Shown here one piece after another: positions 8,093 through 17,462 of a DNA stretch of 64,000 nucleotides. The stretch spans positions 13,033-77,032 of IMG/VR virus record IMGVR_UViG_3300046804_003463; one strand, 5' to 3'. This DNA comes from a virus. A model generated the notes under the pieces. It searched no databases and was not told the origin of the DNA. It saw nothing but the letters and a program-made list of their open reading frames with translations. Both the position numbers and the translations under genes were made by a program. The first letter of the stretch is position 1. Each line of letters starts with the position of its first letter.

Positions 8093-9115
8093 TTATTTCC
8101 AAATTGAGTTACCGTCAGGACCTTTTAGATCCTTGCGCCAGTTGTCTTGTACAAGTTTAACCACATCGGCAGGCATATGAACATACTCTAATTCTTCACT
8201 CATTTTGCCACCGTTTTTGTAAGACCAGTCAAAGAACTTGAGAACTGCACGGCCTGTCAATGCATCTGCTTGTTGCTTGTGCATCAAAATAAAACTTGCG
8301 CCTGTTGCTGGCCATGCATCTTTACCTGTTTGCCATGTCAGCAATAGATACATGCCTGGTGCATTTGCCCAATCTGCATTTGCTGCCGCTGTTTTGAATG
8401 TAGAATCATCAGGTAATACAAAGTTACCATCACGATTCTTTAGTGACGCATAAGGAATCTTATTGCGTTTTGCATATGCATATTCAACATAACCAAATGC
8501 ACCTTTCAGTCTTTGTACTTGTGCTGCTACACCCTCATTACCTTTACCACCTACACCTGTTGGCCATTTTACTGCTGTGCCTTCACCGACTACTTTTGCA
8601 AATTCAGGATTTGCTTTACCAAGAAAGTTTGTCCAGATGAATGTGGTGCCTGAACCATCTGCACGATGAATAACTGTGATTGGTATTGCAGGTAGATTTA
8701 TACCAGGATTCAAATCGGTGATTGCTTTGTCATTCCACTTTGTAATTTTACCAAGATGAATGTTTGCGACTACATCTGGTGTCAGTTTCAGTTTGCCTGA
8801 CTCAATGCCATCAAGGTTGAATACTGGTACTACACCACCGATGATTGCTGGAAACTGCATTAGACCTTCTTTGTCTAATTCCTCTTTCTTCAATGGCATA
8901 TCAGATGCGCCAAAATCAACTGTCTTGGCTTTGATTTGACGAATGCCACCACCCGAACCGATTGATTGATAGTTTAGACCAATGCCAGTTTGTGCTTTAT
9001 ATGCTTCAGCCCACTTTGCATAGATTGGAAATGGAAAAGTCGCACCGGCTCCAGTAAATTCTGCTGCTGATGCGACTCCTGTGAATAGCAATAATGATAG
9101 TAAAAACTTCTTCAT
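8093..9115 (-). CDS. pstS: Phosphate ABC transporter periplasmic binding protein
   Basis: GAGATFP, GSGGG, DFGASD, RADGSGTT and GKGNEGV motifs. Confidence 0.96.
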   Translation of the reverse strand: MKKFLLSLLLFTGVASAAEFTGAGATFPFPIYAKWAEAYKAQTGIGLNYQSIGSGGGIRQIKAKTVDFGASDMPLKKEELDKEGLMQFPAIIGGVVPVFNLDGIESGKLKLTPDVVANIHLGKITKWNDKAITDLNPGINLPAIPITVIHRADGSGTTFIWTNFLGKANPEFAKVVGEGTAVKWPTGVGGKGNEGVAAQVQRLKGAFGYVEYAYAKRNKIPYASLKNRDGNFVLPDDSTFKTAAANADWANAPGMYLLLTWQTGKDAWPATGASFILMHKQQADALTGRAVLKFFDWSYKNGGKMSEELEYVHMPADVVKLVQDNWRKDLKGPDGNSIWK

Positions 9116-9152
9116 ATTATCTCCTTTGAGTTAGACTACTAAAATAGTTCTG

Positions 9153-9171
9153 TGTAACGGATCCGTCACAA
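9153..9171 (-). promoter_or_regulatory. Pho-box-like, near-palindromic element upstream of pstS
   Basis: TTGTGAC-GGAT-CCGTTAC: two GTnAC half-sites 11 bp apart. Confidence 0.4.
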
Positions 9172-9219
9172 TTTAGAATTTTTTTTAATAGTCTGACCGC
9201 CGAAGACAATCAGACTTTA

Positions 9220-9227
9220 TATTTAGT
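9220..9227 (-). promoter_or_regulatory. T4-late-type promoter candidate (ACTAAATA)
   Basis: Variant of TATAAATA directly after the nrdB stop; the same octamer occurs in tandem at 28147-28161. Confidence 0.45.
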
Positions 9228-9228
9228 A

Positions 9229-10221
9229 TTACGCTGCTTTACCCCAAACAGTTTCCCAATTGCCTGTCAATGCACCTTTTGAATAATCTGTTGCACGATT
9301 CTCAAAAAAGTTTGTGTGTGTTGGTGCATTGATCATCTCTTCAACCCATGGAAGCGGATTCTTTTTAACCTTGAATACACCCTTGAGACCCAGACTAATG
9401 AGGCGACGATCAGCAATGTAGCGTATGTAAAGTTTAACGTCATCAGCAGATAGACCAGACATGTCACCCATATTAAAAGCAAGATCAATAAACTTATCTT
9501 CAAGTTCAACCATTTTTTCAGCAATAGTATAAATTTTTGATTTAAGGTCGTCATTCCATATCTGCTTATTTTCTTCAATATAGGTTCGGAATAATTTAAT
9601 CATAGACTCAGCGTGTTGTGTTTCATCCACGATTGACCAAGTAATAATCTGACCCATGCCTCTCATTTTACCTTGGCGTGGGAAGTTAAGTAGCATGATA
9701 AAGGAACTGAATAGTTGCATCCCTTCGGTGAAAGCAGAGAATACTGCAATATGAGCAGCAGTAGAAGCCCTATCGCCATTCTGTGTGCTAATACCAAGAA
9801 TATAATCGTGTTTTGAACGCATTTCGTCATATTCCATAAACTCCGTGTATGTGGTGTCTGGCATACCAAGTGTTTCAATTAGATGTGAGTATGCTGCGAT
9901 GTGTAATGCTTCACGTGCTGCAAAACCTAACAGCATCATTCTTACTTCAGGTTGAGGGAAATAAGGTAGGTAATTATTAACATAGCCACCCGCAACATCA
10001 ATGTCACCCTGAGTAAAAAATCTGAATATATGAGTAAGAAAATTCTTTTCGTCTTTCGTAAGTTTATTCTTCCAATCCTTAACATCTTCAAGCATTGGAA
10101 CTTCCGTGTGAAGCCAGTGACTCTGTTCATGTTTGAGCCAACTTTCGTATGCCCAAGGATATGCAAATGGTTTGAATGATGTTCTTTCGTCTGTTAGTTT
10201 TGTATCTTGCTTTTTAATCAT
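9229..10221 (-). CDS. nrdB: Ribonucleotide reductase class Ia beta subunit
   Basis: EALH and DETQH di-iron motifs; NFFENRATDY tail. Confidence 0.96.
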   Translation of the reverse strand: MIKKQDTKLTDERTSFKPFAYPWAYESWLKHEQSHWLHTEVPMLEDVKDWKNKLTKDEKNFLTHIFRFFTQGDIDVAGGYVNNYLPYFPQPEVRMMLLGFAAREALHIAAYSHLIETLGMPDTTYTEFMEYDEMRSKHDYILGISTQNGDRASTAAHIAVFSAFTEGMQLFSSFIMLLNFPRQGKMRGMGQIITWSIVDETQHAESMIKLFRTYIEENKQIWNDDLKSKIYTIAEKMVELEDKFIDLAFNMGDMSGLSADDVKLYIRYIADRRLISLGLKGVFKVKKNPLPWVEEMINAPTHTNFFENRATDYSKGALTGNWETVWGKAA

Positions 10222-10459
10222 TGATGAATGCCTCTAGTTCTTGTTTTGTCTTATTACCTACTAATCTTTTTGTTGCCATGTTATCTTCCATCATCACCAA
10301 TGTTGGTACACCACGAATACCAAATTCTGCTGCTATTTCTGGTTGTGCGTCAATGTCAATTACTTCAATTGGCACATTTGTTTGTACATCTTCTAGTGTC
10401 TTTGCTAACATCTTACATGGACCACACCATGATGCTGTAAATCTAACGACCTTTTTCAT
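10214..10459 (-). CDS. Thioredoxin
   Basis: WCGPC motif. Confidence 0.95.
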   Translation of the reverse strand: MKKVVRFTASWCGPCKMLAKTLEDVQTNVPIEVIDIDAQPEIAAEFGIRGVPTLVMMEDNMATKRLVGNKTKQELEAFIND

Positions 10460-10593
10460 TTGCCTTGACCTCTATATTTTTTATGTGAACGCTTTTCATG
10501 TTTATTCATTGATGCTGTTTTCTTTTGACCGCCTTGTTTTGTGCGTTTGTGTACTGTTTTGTGTTTGTTCACGTTAGGTGCTTTAACTGACAT
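10456..10593 (-). CDS. Small, highly basic protein ending KKYRGQGK (45 aa)
   Basis: Manually read ORF with SD AGGAG. Confidence 0.7.
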   Translation of the reverse strand: MSVKAPNVNKHKTVHKRTKQGGQKKTASMNKHEKRSHKKYRGQGK

Positions 10594-10601
10594 AATTTCT
10601 C

Positions 10602-11234
10602 CTATTCATACATTACTGTTTCAGTGTCACCCAAAGACCATTTGGGATTTTGTTCTACAACATACTTCTTGGTACAAACTTTAAAATCTGGAAACTTTAG
10701 TTCTTTTGGATTACTTGCTGCGTCTAAAAACAAACAACGATTATTTGGCTGTGCTGCATACTGACCGTTGTATAATTCAATGAAATTGAAACTCTTATGA
10801 TCTTCTGGCCATTCAGCATAACTTGTATCTATAATATTTAAATCTGGTGCCGAATGGTCTACAGTAAACAAATAGTTGCCTTCGTAGAACTGTTTGTCTT
10901 TGGCATAAAACTTGCATGTAAGATTACGCACAAATGCTTTTTGTATCACAGTGAAATCATAACTGAAACAATCCCAAATTTGCAATGTGTCTAAAGGTAA
11001 AAAAGTTTTTGGGAGATTATCCGTTCTGCTAACAAAAGCATGTAATGGTAGTTTATCGTAAAGTGCGCCATAGTTTGGTAAATATGCCTCTATTCTGAAT
11101 GCTTGACTTCTGATGCTTTTGATTGTAACCCAGATACATGGCTCATACTCACCATGACCTTTCTCAAAATCATACAGAAACTCCTTGCGTATGTAACAAT
11201 GTACAGGTGGCAGATTTGCTACTAAATGTGCCAT
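10602..11234 (-). CDS. Conserved phage hypothetical protein
   Basis: 210-aa ORF; NLPP...IRKEFLYD...WDCFS...GQYAAQPNNR pattern recalled from aquatic phages. Confidence 0.75.
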   Translation of the reverse strand: MAHLVANLPPVHCYIRKEFLYDFEKGHGEYEPCIWVTIKSIRSQAFRIEAYLPNYGALYDKLPLHAFVSRTDNLPKTFLPLDTLQIWDCFSYDFTVIQKAFVRNLTCKFYAKDKQFYEGNYLFTVDHSAPDLNIIDTSYAEWPEDHKSFNFIELYNGQYAAQPNNRCLFLDAASNPKELKFPDFKVCTKKYVVEQNPKWSLGDTETVMYE

Positions 11235-11476
11235 TTTTTCTCATGTAAATGAAATTTCATGCCAACATATGTTCCTGCAAATGCACCAAGAACTGCTGGT
11301 ATGATCATCATGTTGTCGTTTGTGTAGTTGATGATTGCTACACCACCTAAAAATGTAATTGCTGATGCCCAAATACTTGATGCCATTGGTCTATCGTTTT
11401 GTACTGATTTAAGTAACTGTGTATAAACAATGTCTGTAACAAACATACAAACAAATGTAAAAATATATGCCCACAT
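11222..11476 (-). CDS. Small multi-pass membrane protein
   Basis: Three hydrophobic segments. Confidence 0.65.
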   Translation of the reverse strand: MWAYIFTFVCMFVTDIVYTQLLKSVQNDRPMASSIWASAITFLGGVAIINYTNDNMMIIPAVLGAFAGTYVGMKFHLHEKKWHI

Positions 11477-11604
11477 TATTTTTTCTCTTCGACTTTCTTT
11501 TCTACTGGTGGTGGCTCAGGTGGCCAGATTTGTTCTTTGATATAATTGGCTCCGAACCAGCCCCATGCTGAAAAGAAACCCCACATCATAATTTCAAGTA
11601 TCAT
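11476..11604 (-). CDS. Small membrane-anchored protein (42 aa)
   Basis: Manually read ORF MILEIMMWGFFSAWGWFGANYIKEQIWPPEPPPVEKK... Confidence 0.5.
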   Translation of the reverse strand: MILEIMMWGFFSAWGWFGANYIKEQIWPPEPPPVEKKVEEKK

Positions 11605-11605
11605 G

Positions 11606-12247
11606 TTACTTCTCCAATAATCTATTCACAAACTCTCTCAAAAGTTTATGATGTCTCCCTTGATGCCAATGTTTATGTAGATATGGTTTACTGTACCAAT
11701 ACTCTTCTGCTTCTAAGTGTGGACCAATTAGTCCTATTTTGTTTTGTATGACTGCTGCTGGATCACCGTTGCTGTATCTGGCAATTGTTTCGAACTTTGA
11801 TTCATCTCCGATAAATGCAGGTCCATCGTAAAAGAAGAACCTGTCTGTATTGCCTTGCCAGTCACATTCAACTGCTTTGGAATAATATCGTTTAGTACAG
11901 GTATTTGGTCGTCGTATGTATTGTTTGGCTTCAATGCCATCCACAATGTCCAAAAAATTGTGGTCAGCCCAATAAGCACCCATGCAAATACCGAGAAATC
12001 TACCACCATTCTTAATGTATTGTCTGACACCAGATTCATGATATTTAAACATATGGTCATAGGTGTCAGCATCGCCAATGCCACCAGGAAAGCAAACAAT
12101 ATCCACATCGTTAAAGTAGTCGTCTTCAATTTCATGTTTGGTAAAAAGTTTGTAGTTATAGTTAGCACCTAGTGCTTTGATTACACCATTACATGATTGT
12201 ACAGAACACCTTGGGTGCTGTACAAAAAGAGCAATTGTACAACTCAT
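11606..12247 (-). CDS. Class I glutamine amidotransferase-like (BPL_N-type) protein
   Basis: FPGG, FLGICMGAY (nucleophile Cys) and GPHLE motifs. Confidence 0.8.
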   Translation of the reverse strand: MSCTIALFVQHPRCSVQSCNGVIKALGANYNYKLFTKHEIEDDYFNDVDIVCFPGGIGDADTYDHMFKYHESGVRQYIKNGGRFLGICMGAYWADHNFLDIVDGIEAKQYIRRPNTCTKRYYSKAVECDWQGNTDRFFFYDGPAFIGDESKFETIARYSNGDPAAVIQNKIGLIGPHLEAEEYWYSKPYLHKHWHQGRHHKLLREFVNRLLEK

Positions 12248-12366
12248 TTTTCTTCTTTTTTATTCTCCTGCTCTTTTTTCTTTGGTTGTTGAACAGGAGT
12301 TTTTTCCTTGTAAGTTGGCCTTTTTGGATGCGGCTTTTGTTTTTTTGGATTTAGTTCGAATGACAT
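12244..12366 (-). CDS. Small basic hypothetical protein (40 aa)
   Basis: Manually read ORF MSFELNPKKQKPHPKRPTY...; abuts both neighbours. Confidence 0.45.
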   Translation of the reverse strand: MSFELNPKKQKPHPKRPTYKEKTPVQQPKKKEQENKKEEK

Positions 12367-14160
12367 TTAGCCCTCACATGCTAAACAGACCTCCTCGGTA
12401 GCCAGTTGCTTCAAATCAATTTCTTGAATGATTTCTCGTTCAATCTTTTTGGATACTTTGTCAGCCTTTGCTAGTTTTTCTGAACGACAGTAGTACAATG
12501 TTTTAAGTCCTTGCTTCCATGCTTGAAAGTGTACTGCATGAAGGTATTTAACATTTACATCAGGTCTAAAAAAGAGGTTAATGGATTGCGCCTGGTCAAT
12601 GTAATGCTGTCTGTCAGCGGCGTGGTCCACAACCCATCTTTGGTCAATTTCCATACCAGTTTTGTAGACATCTTTGGTGTAGTCATCCAGGAAATCCAAG
12701 TGCTGGACGGAACCGTCGTTTGCAATGATACTTGACCAGATTTCTTGATAATCCAATTTGCTGTCTGCATTACATTTCTCCTGAATAATTTTATCTAGAA
12801 ATTTATTCTTGTTTAGAAAAGCGCCTGAAAGAGTGTCTTGTCTATAAGCATTAGCACGGTAAGGCTCAACGGAGGGACTAGTATTGCCCATAATAATGGA
12901 AGATGAAGCATTAGGAGCAATGGCAAGCATATGGCTAAACCTTTTACCTGTACCAACAGCATCAGGAGCCTCACCTCTTTCTTTTCCGAGTTCGTAATTT
13001 GCATCATCTAATCTCTCACGAATATGTTTGAATACTTGATTGTTCAGTGACTTTGCTACTGCTGATTCGAACGCCACATTTTTCTTCTGTAGAAGAGCAT
13101 GATAGCCAAGAGCCCCCACGCCAATGCTGCGCTCTTGTTGAGCAGAGAACCTGGCTCTGTGTATAGCATCAGGAGCATTGTCAATAAAATACTGAAGTAC
13201 ATTATCAAGCATTTCCGCCACGTCCCGCAGAAAAAGTTTATCATTTTTCCAATCATCATAATACTCCAAGTTTACAGACGAAAGACAGCAAACTGCTGTG
13301 CGTTGTTTATCTGTAGGTAAAATAATTTCACTGCAAAGATTTGATTGTTTGATGCTCAGGCCTTTTTCTTTCTGAAACTCTGGCATCAAACGATTTGATG
13401 TGTCAATGAAATGAATGTATGGTTCACCAGTGAGCATACGTGTTTCAAGTATGCGTTGCCACAATTCACGTGCCGATATTTTATCTTTGACTTCACCTGA
13501 GTGTGGGTCTTTGAGTTCCCATGTATCATCAGCATCATGGTCAAGCATACATTTTTCAATCAGTTGCATAAAGTCATCGGTGATGTTGATGCCATGATGC
13601 AGATTTAGTGTACGCAGATTAGGATCACCAGTTGGCTTTCTCATCTCTAAGAAATTGATAATATCAGGATGAGAAATGTCAAGATAAGCAGCATAAGAGC
13701 CACGCCTTGTACGACCTTGTCTATATGCCAATGAAGATGCATCGTAAGTACGTAAGTGAGGCATAATACCAACGGACTTATCGTCAGCAGAACGAATTCC
13801 CAAGCCGATTCCAACACCACCTCCCAACATTGATAACCAATTTACTTCCGAAAGAGTATTGACCAAACCTTCCGCTGAATCATCCAAATAGGGTAGAAAA
13901 CAACTGATAGGCAGACCACGCTTACTGCGGCCAAAAGATAAGATAGGAGTAGAATAAGAAAGCCAGTGCTTACTAGAATAATCGTAAAGCCTTTGAGCAT
14001 GATCAGGATTGGATGCAAAGGCTGCGGATACGAATGCGAATCTTTCTTGTGGGCTTGTTTCGTCCTCACGCATGTACGATTCTCTAAGTCTTTTAATTCC
14101 GAGTTCATCAAATAAGTTATCCCTTGTATAGTCTATTGTAATGCTGCTCTTATCTACCAT
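12367..14160 (-). CDS. nrdA: Ribonucleotide reductase class Ia alpha subunit (short, no ATP cone apparent)
   Basis: ISCF, SNLCSEI, APNASSS, KTLYY and C-terminal CLAC. Confidence 0.96.
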   Translation of the reverse strand: MVDKSSITIDYTRDNLFDELGIKRLRESYMREDETSPQERFAFVSAAFASNPDHAQRLYDYSSKHWLSYSTPILSFGRSKRGLPISCFLPYLDDSAEGLVNTLSEVNWLSMLGGGVGIGLGIRSADDKSVGIMPHLRTYDASSLAYRQGRTRRGSYAAYLDISHPDIINFLEMRKPTGDPNLRTLNLHHGINITDDFMQLIEKCMLDHDADDTWELKDPHSGEVKDKISARELWQRILETRMLTGEPYIHFIDTSNRLMPEFQKEKGLSIKQSNLCSEIILPTDKQRTAVCCLSSVNLEYYDDWKNDKLFLRDVAEMLDNVLQYFIDNAPDAIHRARFSAQQERSIGVGALGYHALLQKKNVAFESAVAKSLNNQVFKHIRERLDDANYELGKERGEAPDAVGTGKRFSHMLAIAPNASSSIIMGNTSPSVEPYRANAYRQDTLSGAFLNKNKFLDKIIQEKCNADSKLDYQEIWSSIIANDGSVQHLDFLDDYTKDVYKTGMEIDQRWVVDHAADRQHYIDQAQSINLFFRPDVNVKYLHAVHFQAWKQGLKTLYYCRSEKLAKADKVSKKIEREIIQEIDLKQLATEEVCLACEG

Positions 14161-14173
14161 TTCTTCTCCATTG

Positions 14174-14827
14174 TTATTTTTCTAGTGCTGCCACTACATT
14201 TGGAAATTTATATTCAATAATTTCCCAACATGCTTTTGCTACATTCATATGTTCTTTTTGTGTGCCATTTTCCATACGCAACTGACAGTAGTGGATCCAA
14301 CTACGTAATGTACCATTCATGTACATACGTGACTGTGTGTTGCCTTCTGGTAATACTACACGTGCTTGTTCTTTTGCAATACCATTTGCTATCGCCCAAT
14401 CATATGCTGCTTTTGCTTCAGCAATTAGATTGACTTGCTTAACTTTCCATTCCGACTGTAATTCATTATCGTCAGTCTCAATAGAGTTTTGACGATTCTT
14501 TGTGTCTTGTAATCTTGCTTCACGTAGTTCAAAACCTAAATCTTTTGTTGGATCAGCATATCTTTGGCTGAACTCTTGAAAAGAAAAACTACGATGTCGC
14601 AAGATTTGTCTTGCAATGTCTCTTGTAGTGTTTATTTCCATAACGACATTGACCATTTCAAATGGTGACCAATGTTGATTTTTGATAAGATAACGAATCA
14701 ATTTTGCAGGGTCACTGTTCATTCCCTGATTGCTTGGATTTGATACACGTGCCATATGCACAATCAAATCTTCAGCAGAACTGTAACCATTTAATGGTAA
14801 CGTTATACCAACTAACTTCACATTCAT
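14174..14827 (-). CDS. thyX: Flavin-dependent thymidylate synthase
   Basis: RHRSFSFQEFSQRY ThyX motif. Confidence 0.96.
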   Translation of the reverse strand: MNVKLVGITLPLNGYSSAEDLIVHMARVSNPSNQGMNSDPAKLIRYLIKNQHWSPFEMVNVVMEINTTRDIARQILRHRSFSFQEFSQRYADPTKDLGFELREARLQDTKNRQNSIETDDNELQSEWKVKQVNLIAEAKAAYDWAIANGIAKEQARVVLPEGNTQSRMYMNGTLRSWIHYCQLRMENGTQKEHMNVAKACWEIIEYKFPNVVAALEK

Positions 14828-15873
14828 AATTTCTTCCAAAAAGTAAATTTGGCTATAGCCTCAAGTCCATAAAATGTATTACTATCTATGATTTCCTGAA
14901 TTTCGCCTGTTGAAAAACCGTTCAGCACCATCTCATTTATATCTTTACCTTCAATGTTATCAGGCCAAATTACAACATTATGATTTGATTTGATAGCATC
15001 CTCAATCAATTTACACACTTCTTTATTTCTTGGTTCATTATCAAATACCAAGGTAATTTTTTCTGCATGAATATTTTTCACTGTTAAAGATAAATTAGCA
15101 TCACCCGATGCTACACAATTATTCAGAAACAAACTATCTAGTGGACCTTCTACAAGATAAACACGTTTCTTTAAATCAACTCTGTCCATACCAAAGACAA
15201 GTTTACTTGTTGATTCATCTGTTCTCAATGTAACATAGCGTAGTGTGCGGTCGCTTGTCTCTAAAGCACGACCAGACACAGCAATTAGTTCGTTCTGGTA
15301 ATTAAAATATGGTATAACTAGCCTAGCGTCTTCAACTAGTTTCTTATCGTGATTTGGTATAAGCGCATCACAAAATGCTTTGTAGTTTGAAGTGAACAAC
15401 AACTTATCATAATGTTCTTCAGGTATTAAACGATTCTCAGCGTATGTTAGACAAAAATGTCCACTTGGTAAGTTACTGAGCCATTCCCCATGTTCAAATA
15501 TGCTGCGCTTTTTGATGTGACCAAATTTGGGTGGGTTGGTGACGATTCGTGGTGAAAACTCACTCTTTCTGTGATACGTGTTGGCAGTTCCGGTTGTGCC
15601 CGACTTGTACTTTTCGAGTACATATTCTCCATGTAAGGATGGGTCGATGTGCTTGAGGAAATTGGCGACATTTGTTCCTACTCCACAGTTATGACAGCGA
15701 TAGAATAAATCATTGCCCTTGGCAAAAATATAACCACGGGCTTTGATTTTGTTAGTTTTGGAATCTCCACAATACGGGCAAGAGAAGTTCCACAGATTGT
15801 CACCCTTCTGCTTGAAATTACGCAAGCGTGAAGAGGTCAATCTCACATATTTTGTATCAATATAAAGAGCCAT
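14824..15873 (-). CDS. gp61: DNA primase, T4 gp61-like
   Basis: CPYCGDS...CHNC Zn ribbon; TOPRIM VEGPLD and DNE motifs. Confidence 0.95.
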   Translation of the reverse strand: MALYIDTKYVRLTSSRLRNFKQKGDNLWNFSCPYCGDSKTNKIKARGYIFAKGNDLFYRCHNCGVGTNVANFLKHIDPSLHGEYVLEKYKSGTTGTANTYHRKSEFSPRIVTNPPKFGHIKKRSIFEHGEWLSNLPSGHFCLTYAENRLIPEEHYDKLLFTSNYKAFCDALIPNHDKKLVEDARLVIPYFNYQNELIAVSGRALETSDRTLRYVTLRTDESTSKLVFGMDRVDLKKRVYLVEGPLDSLFLNNCVASGDANLSLTVKNIHAEKITLVFDNEPRNKEVCKLIEDAIKSNHNVVIWPDNIEGKDINEMVLNGFSTGEIQEIIDSNTFYGLEAIAKFTFWKKL

Positions 15874-15879
15874 ACATTC

Positions 15880-15908
15880 ATTATAACACTACTGCTCAAG
15901 AAAATCAA
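15880..15908 (-). promoter_or_regulatory. sigma70-type promoter TTGATT-N17-TATAAT, likely leaderless for primase
   Basis: -10 at 15880-15885, -35 at 15903-15908; ATG 6 nt downstream with no SD. Confidence 0.6.
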
Positions 15909-16337
15909 TCAATTAAAAAACTTTGCCAGGTATTCGAATTTTACGTTAGAAATAATCCATGCGACAACCACAACGCCGCCGGCGACCATCCACTTCCACT
16001 GCATCAAAGACTTTAGGTCATCGTCTTCTTTTTGATTGTGTTCGGTGATATGGTCACGCAACGATTTGATTTCATCCATGATTCTACGTTCTGTCAGTTC
16101 AATCTTATCGGATAGATTTCTGTCTGTGGTAGTAATCCTCGAATGAAGTTCCTTAATATCGCTAACGGTATCTTCTTTGCGTTTGTCCATGTCTTTGTAA
16201 ATTTGGTTGACCACCGATGAATTGTTATCTGAGAGTTTCTCGATAACACGATCCATCTTTTCACAAAGGTCAACAAGTGTGTTGACTTTCTCTTTGAGAA
16301 CGCCAACTTCCACTTTGAGTGCTACATCTCCGTCCAT
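15909..16337 (-). CDS. Coiled-coil protein with C-terminal transmembrane helix
   Basis: Heptad pattern followed by WMVAGGVVVVAWII. Confidence 0.7.
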   Translation of the reverse strand: MDGDVALKVEVGVLKEKVNTLVDLCEKMDRVIEKLSDNNSSVVNQIYKDMDKRKEDTVSDIKELHSRITTTDRNLSDKIELTERRIMDEIKSLRDHITEHNQKEDDDLKSLMQWKWMVAGGVVVVAWIISNVKFEYLAKFFN

Positions 16338-16340
16338 TGC

Positions 16341-16538
16341 TTACTTCTTATCAGGTATCGCTGTACCTTCCAGTTTTTTGTGGACTTTGATAGTCTTGCA
16401 GACTTCTTTTTCTTTTTTAGTTTTGTTATCAAACTCTTTGACACACACTTTCTTTTCTTCAGCAGCAAAAGCGCCTTTGCTTAGTGGTACGAAAAGCAGA
16501 GCCAAAATCATGGATAAGAATGCAATTTCTTTTTTCAT
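16341..16538 (-). CDS. Small secreted basic protein
   Basis: Signal peptide and two Cys. Confidence 0.6.
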   Translation of the reverse strand: MKKEIAFLSMILALLFVPLSKGAFAAEEKKVCVKEFDNKTKKEKEVCKTIKVHKKLEGTAIPDKK

Positions 16539-16762
16539 TTTTCTTCCTTCGAAACAAATTTTTCGGTTGCGGTAAATCCCAATCCACCAAGCACAACATA
16601 CATTATAACATCAAGTGTCTGAGGATTCAATTTCTTTTCAAAAAACAATTCGGCAATAAAACCAGTAGCAAGCAAAAGGAACGCCAAAAAGGTAATGAAC
16701 CTTTTGCTGCTAGGCTGTTGCTCACCTTCAGCGGTGAGCATTTGTATCATAAATTTTTTCAC
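16535..16762 (-). CDS. Two-TM membrane protein, holin candidate
   Basis: SSKR followed by two TM helices; in the lysis cluster. Confidence 0.55.
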   Translation of the reverse strand: MKKFMIQMLTAEGEQQPSSKRFITFLAFLLLATGFIAELFFEKKLNPQTLDVIMYVVLGGLGFTATEKFVSKEEK

Positions 16763-17247
16763 AGTTCTGGATGTGGTGGCTGTGCTGGTGCTTCTTTACC
16801 ACCAAAACCTGTTGCCACTGTTGGTGCAAATGATGCAAATGCATCAAATCCAGCAGACATACCCATTGGTGCTGCAAACCCAGCCATGCTCGTTGGTGAA
16901 CTAAAGCCCACTGAACTTACTGGAGCTGGTGGTGGAGATGGTGGAGGTGGCTTGTTTGCTGCTTCAAGTGCCTTTGCTCTCAACTCTTTATCATCACCTG
17001 CTAACATAATACCCGACAATGTACCAGTCAAGAATGTAGCAATTGGAATAATCAATTCAAAAAACTTATTGTCAACAGGACTCATGCCGTTCATTGGCTG
17101 AGTAACAAAAATCAAACTATACAGAACAACAAAAACAATACCAAATAGTGTTAGACCTAAAACGATACCAATGAAAAACTTCAGTCGTGCGTTTAGTTCT
17201 TCAGTGGTGTATCTTTCTCCTGACCATAATTCGTTAATCATTTGCAT
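16759..17247 (-). CDS. Two-TM membrane protein with Pro-rich tail
   Basis: Hydrophobic helices followed by PPPPSPPPAP. Confidence 0.65.
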   Translation of the reverse strand: MQMINELWSGERYTTEELNARLKFFIGIVLGLTLFGIVFVVLYSLIFVTQPMNGMSPVDNKFFELIIPIATFLTGTLSGIMLAGDDKELRAKALEAANKPPPPSPPPAPVSSVGFSSPTSMAGFAAPMGMSAGFDAFASFAPTVATGFGGKEAPAQPPHPEL

Positions 17248-17462
17248 TCTCCTTTACTTGGAACTTGTAGCATTGGTTGTGAAGGTTGACCGACTTTATT
17301 TTTTTCGTAATGTGTCAAATCTTCTGGACAAGTTCCGTTTGCGCTACAGTATGGTTTTTTACATTGTTTCTGTTCCCAATTTTCTGGGTCTTGACATGGA
17401 TAACGATATCTTTCTTCACAAGCAACCAGTAATGGTAACAATAGAAGGACTAGATATTTCAT
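17238..17462 (-). CDS. Small Cys-rich lipoprotein
   Basis: Lipobox LVAC plus four further Cys. Confidence 0.7.
   Translation of the reverse strand: MKYLVLLLLPLLVACEERYRYPCQDPENWEQKQCKKPYCSANGTCPEDLTHYEKNKVGQPSQPMLQVPSKGECK

Noticed and set aside
9190-9216. Hairpin as the nrdB terminator
   Set aside because: On the coding strand it is followed by an A-run rather than a U-tract, so it is kept only as a structural element.
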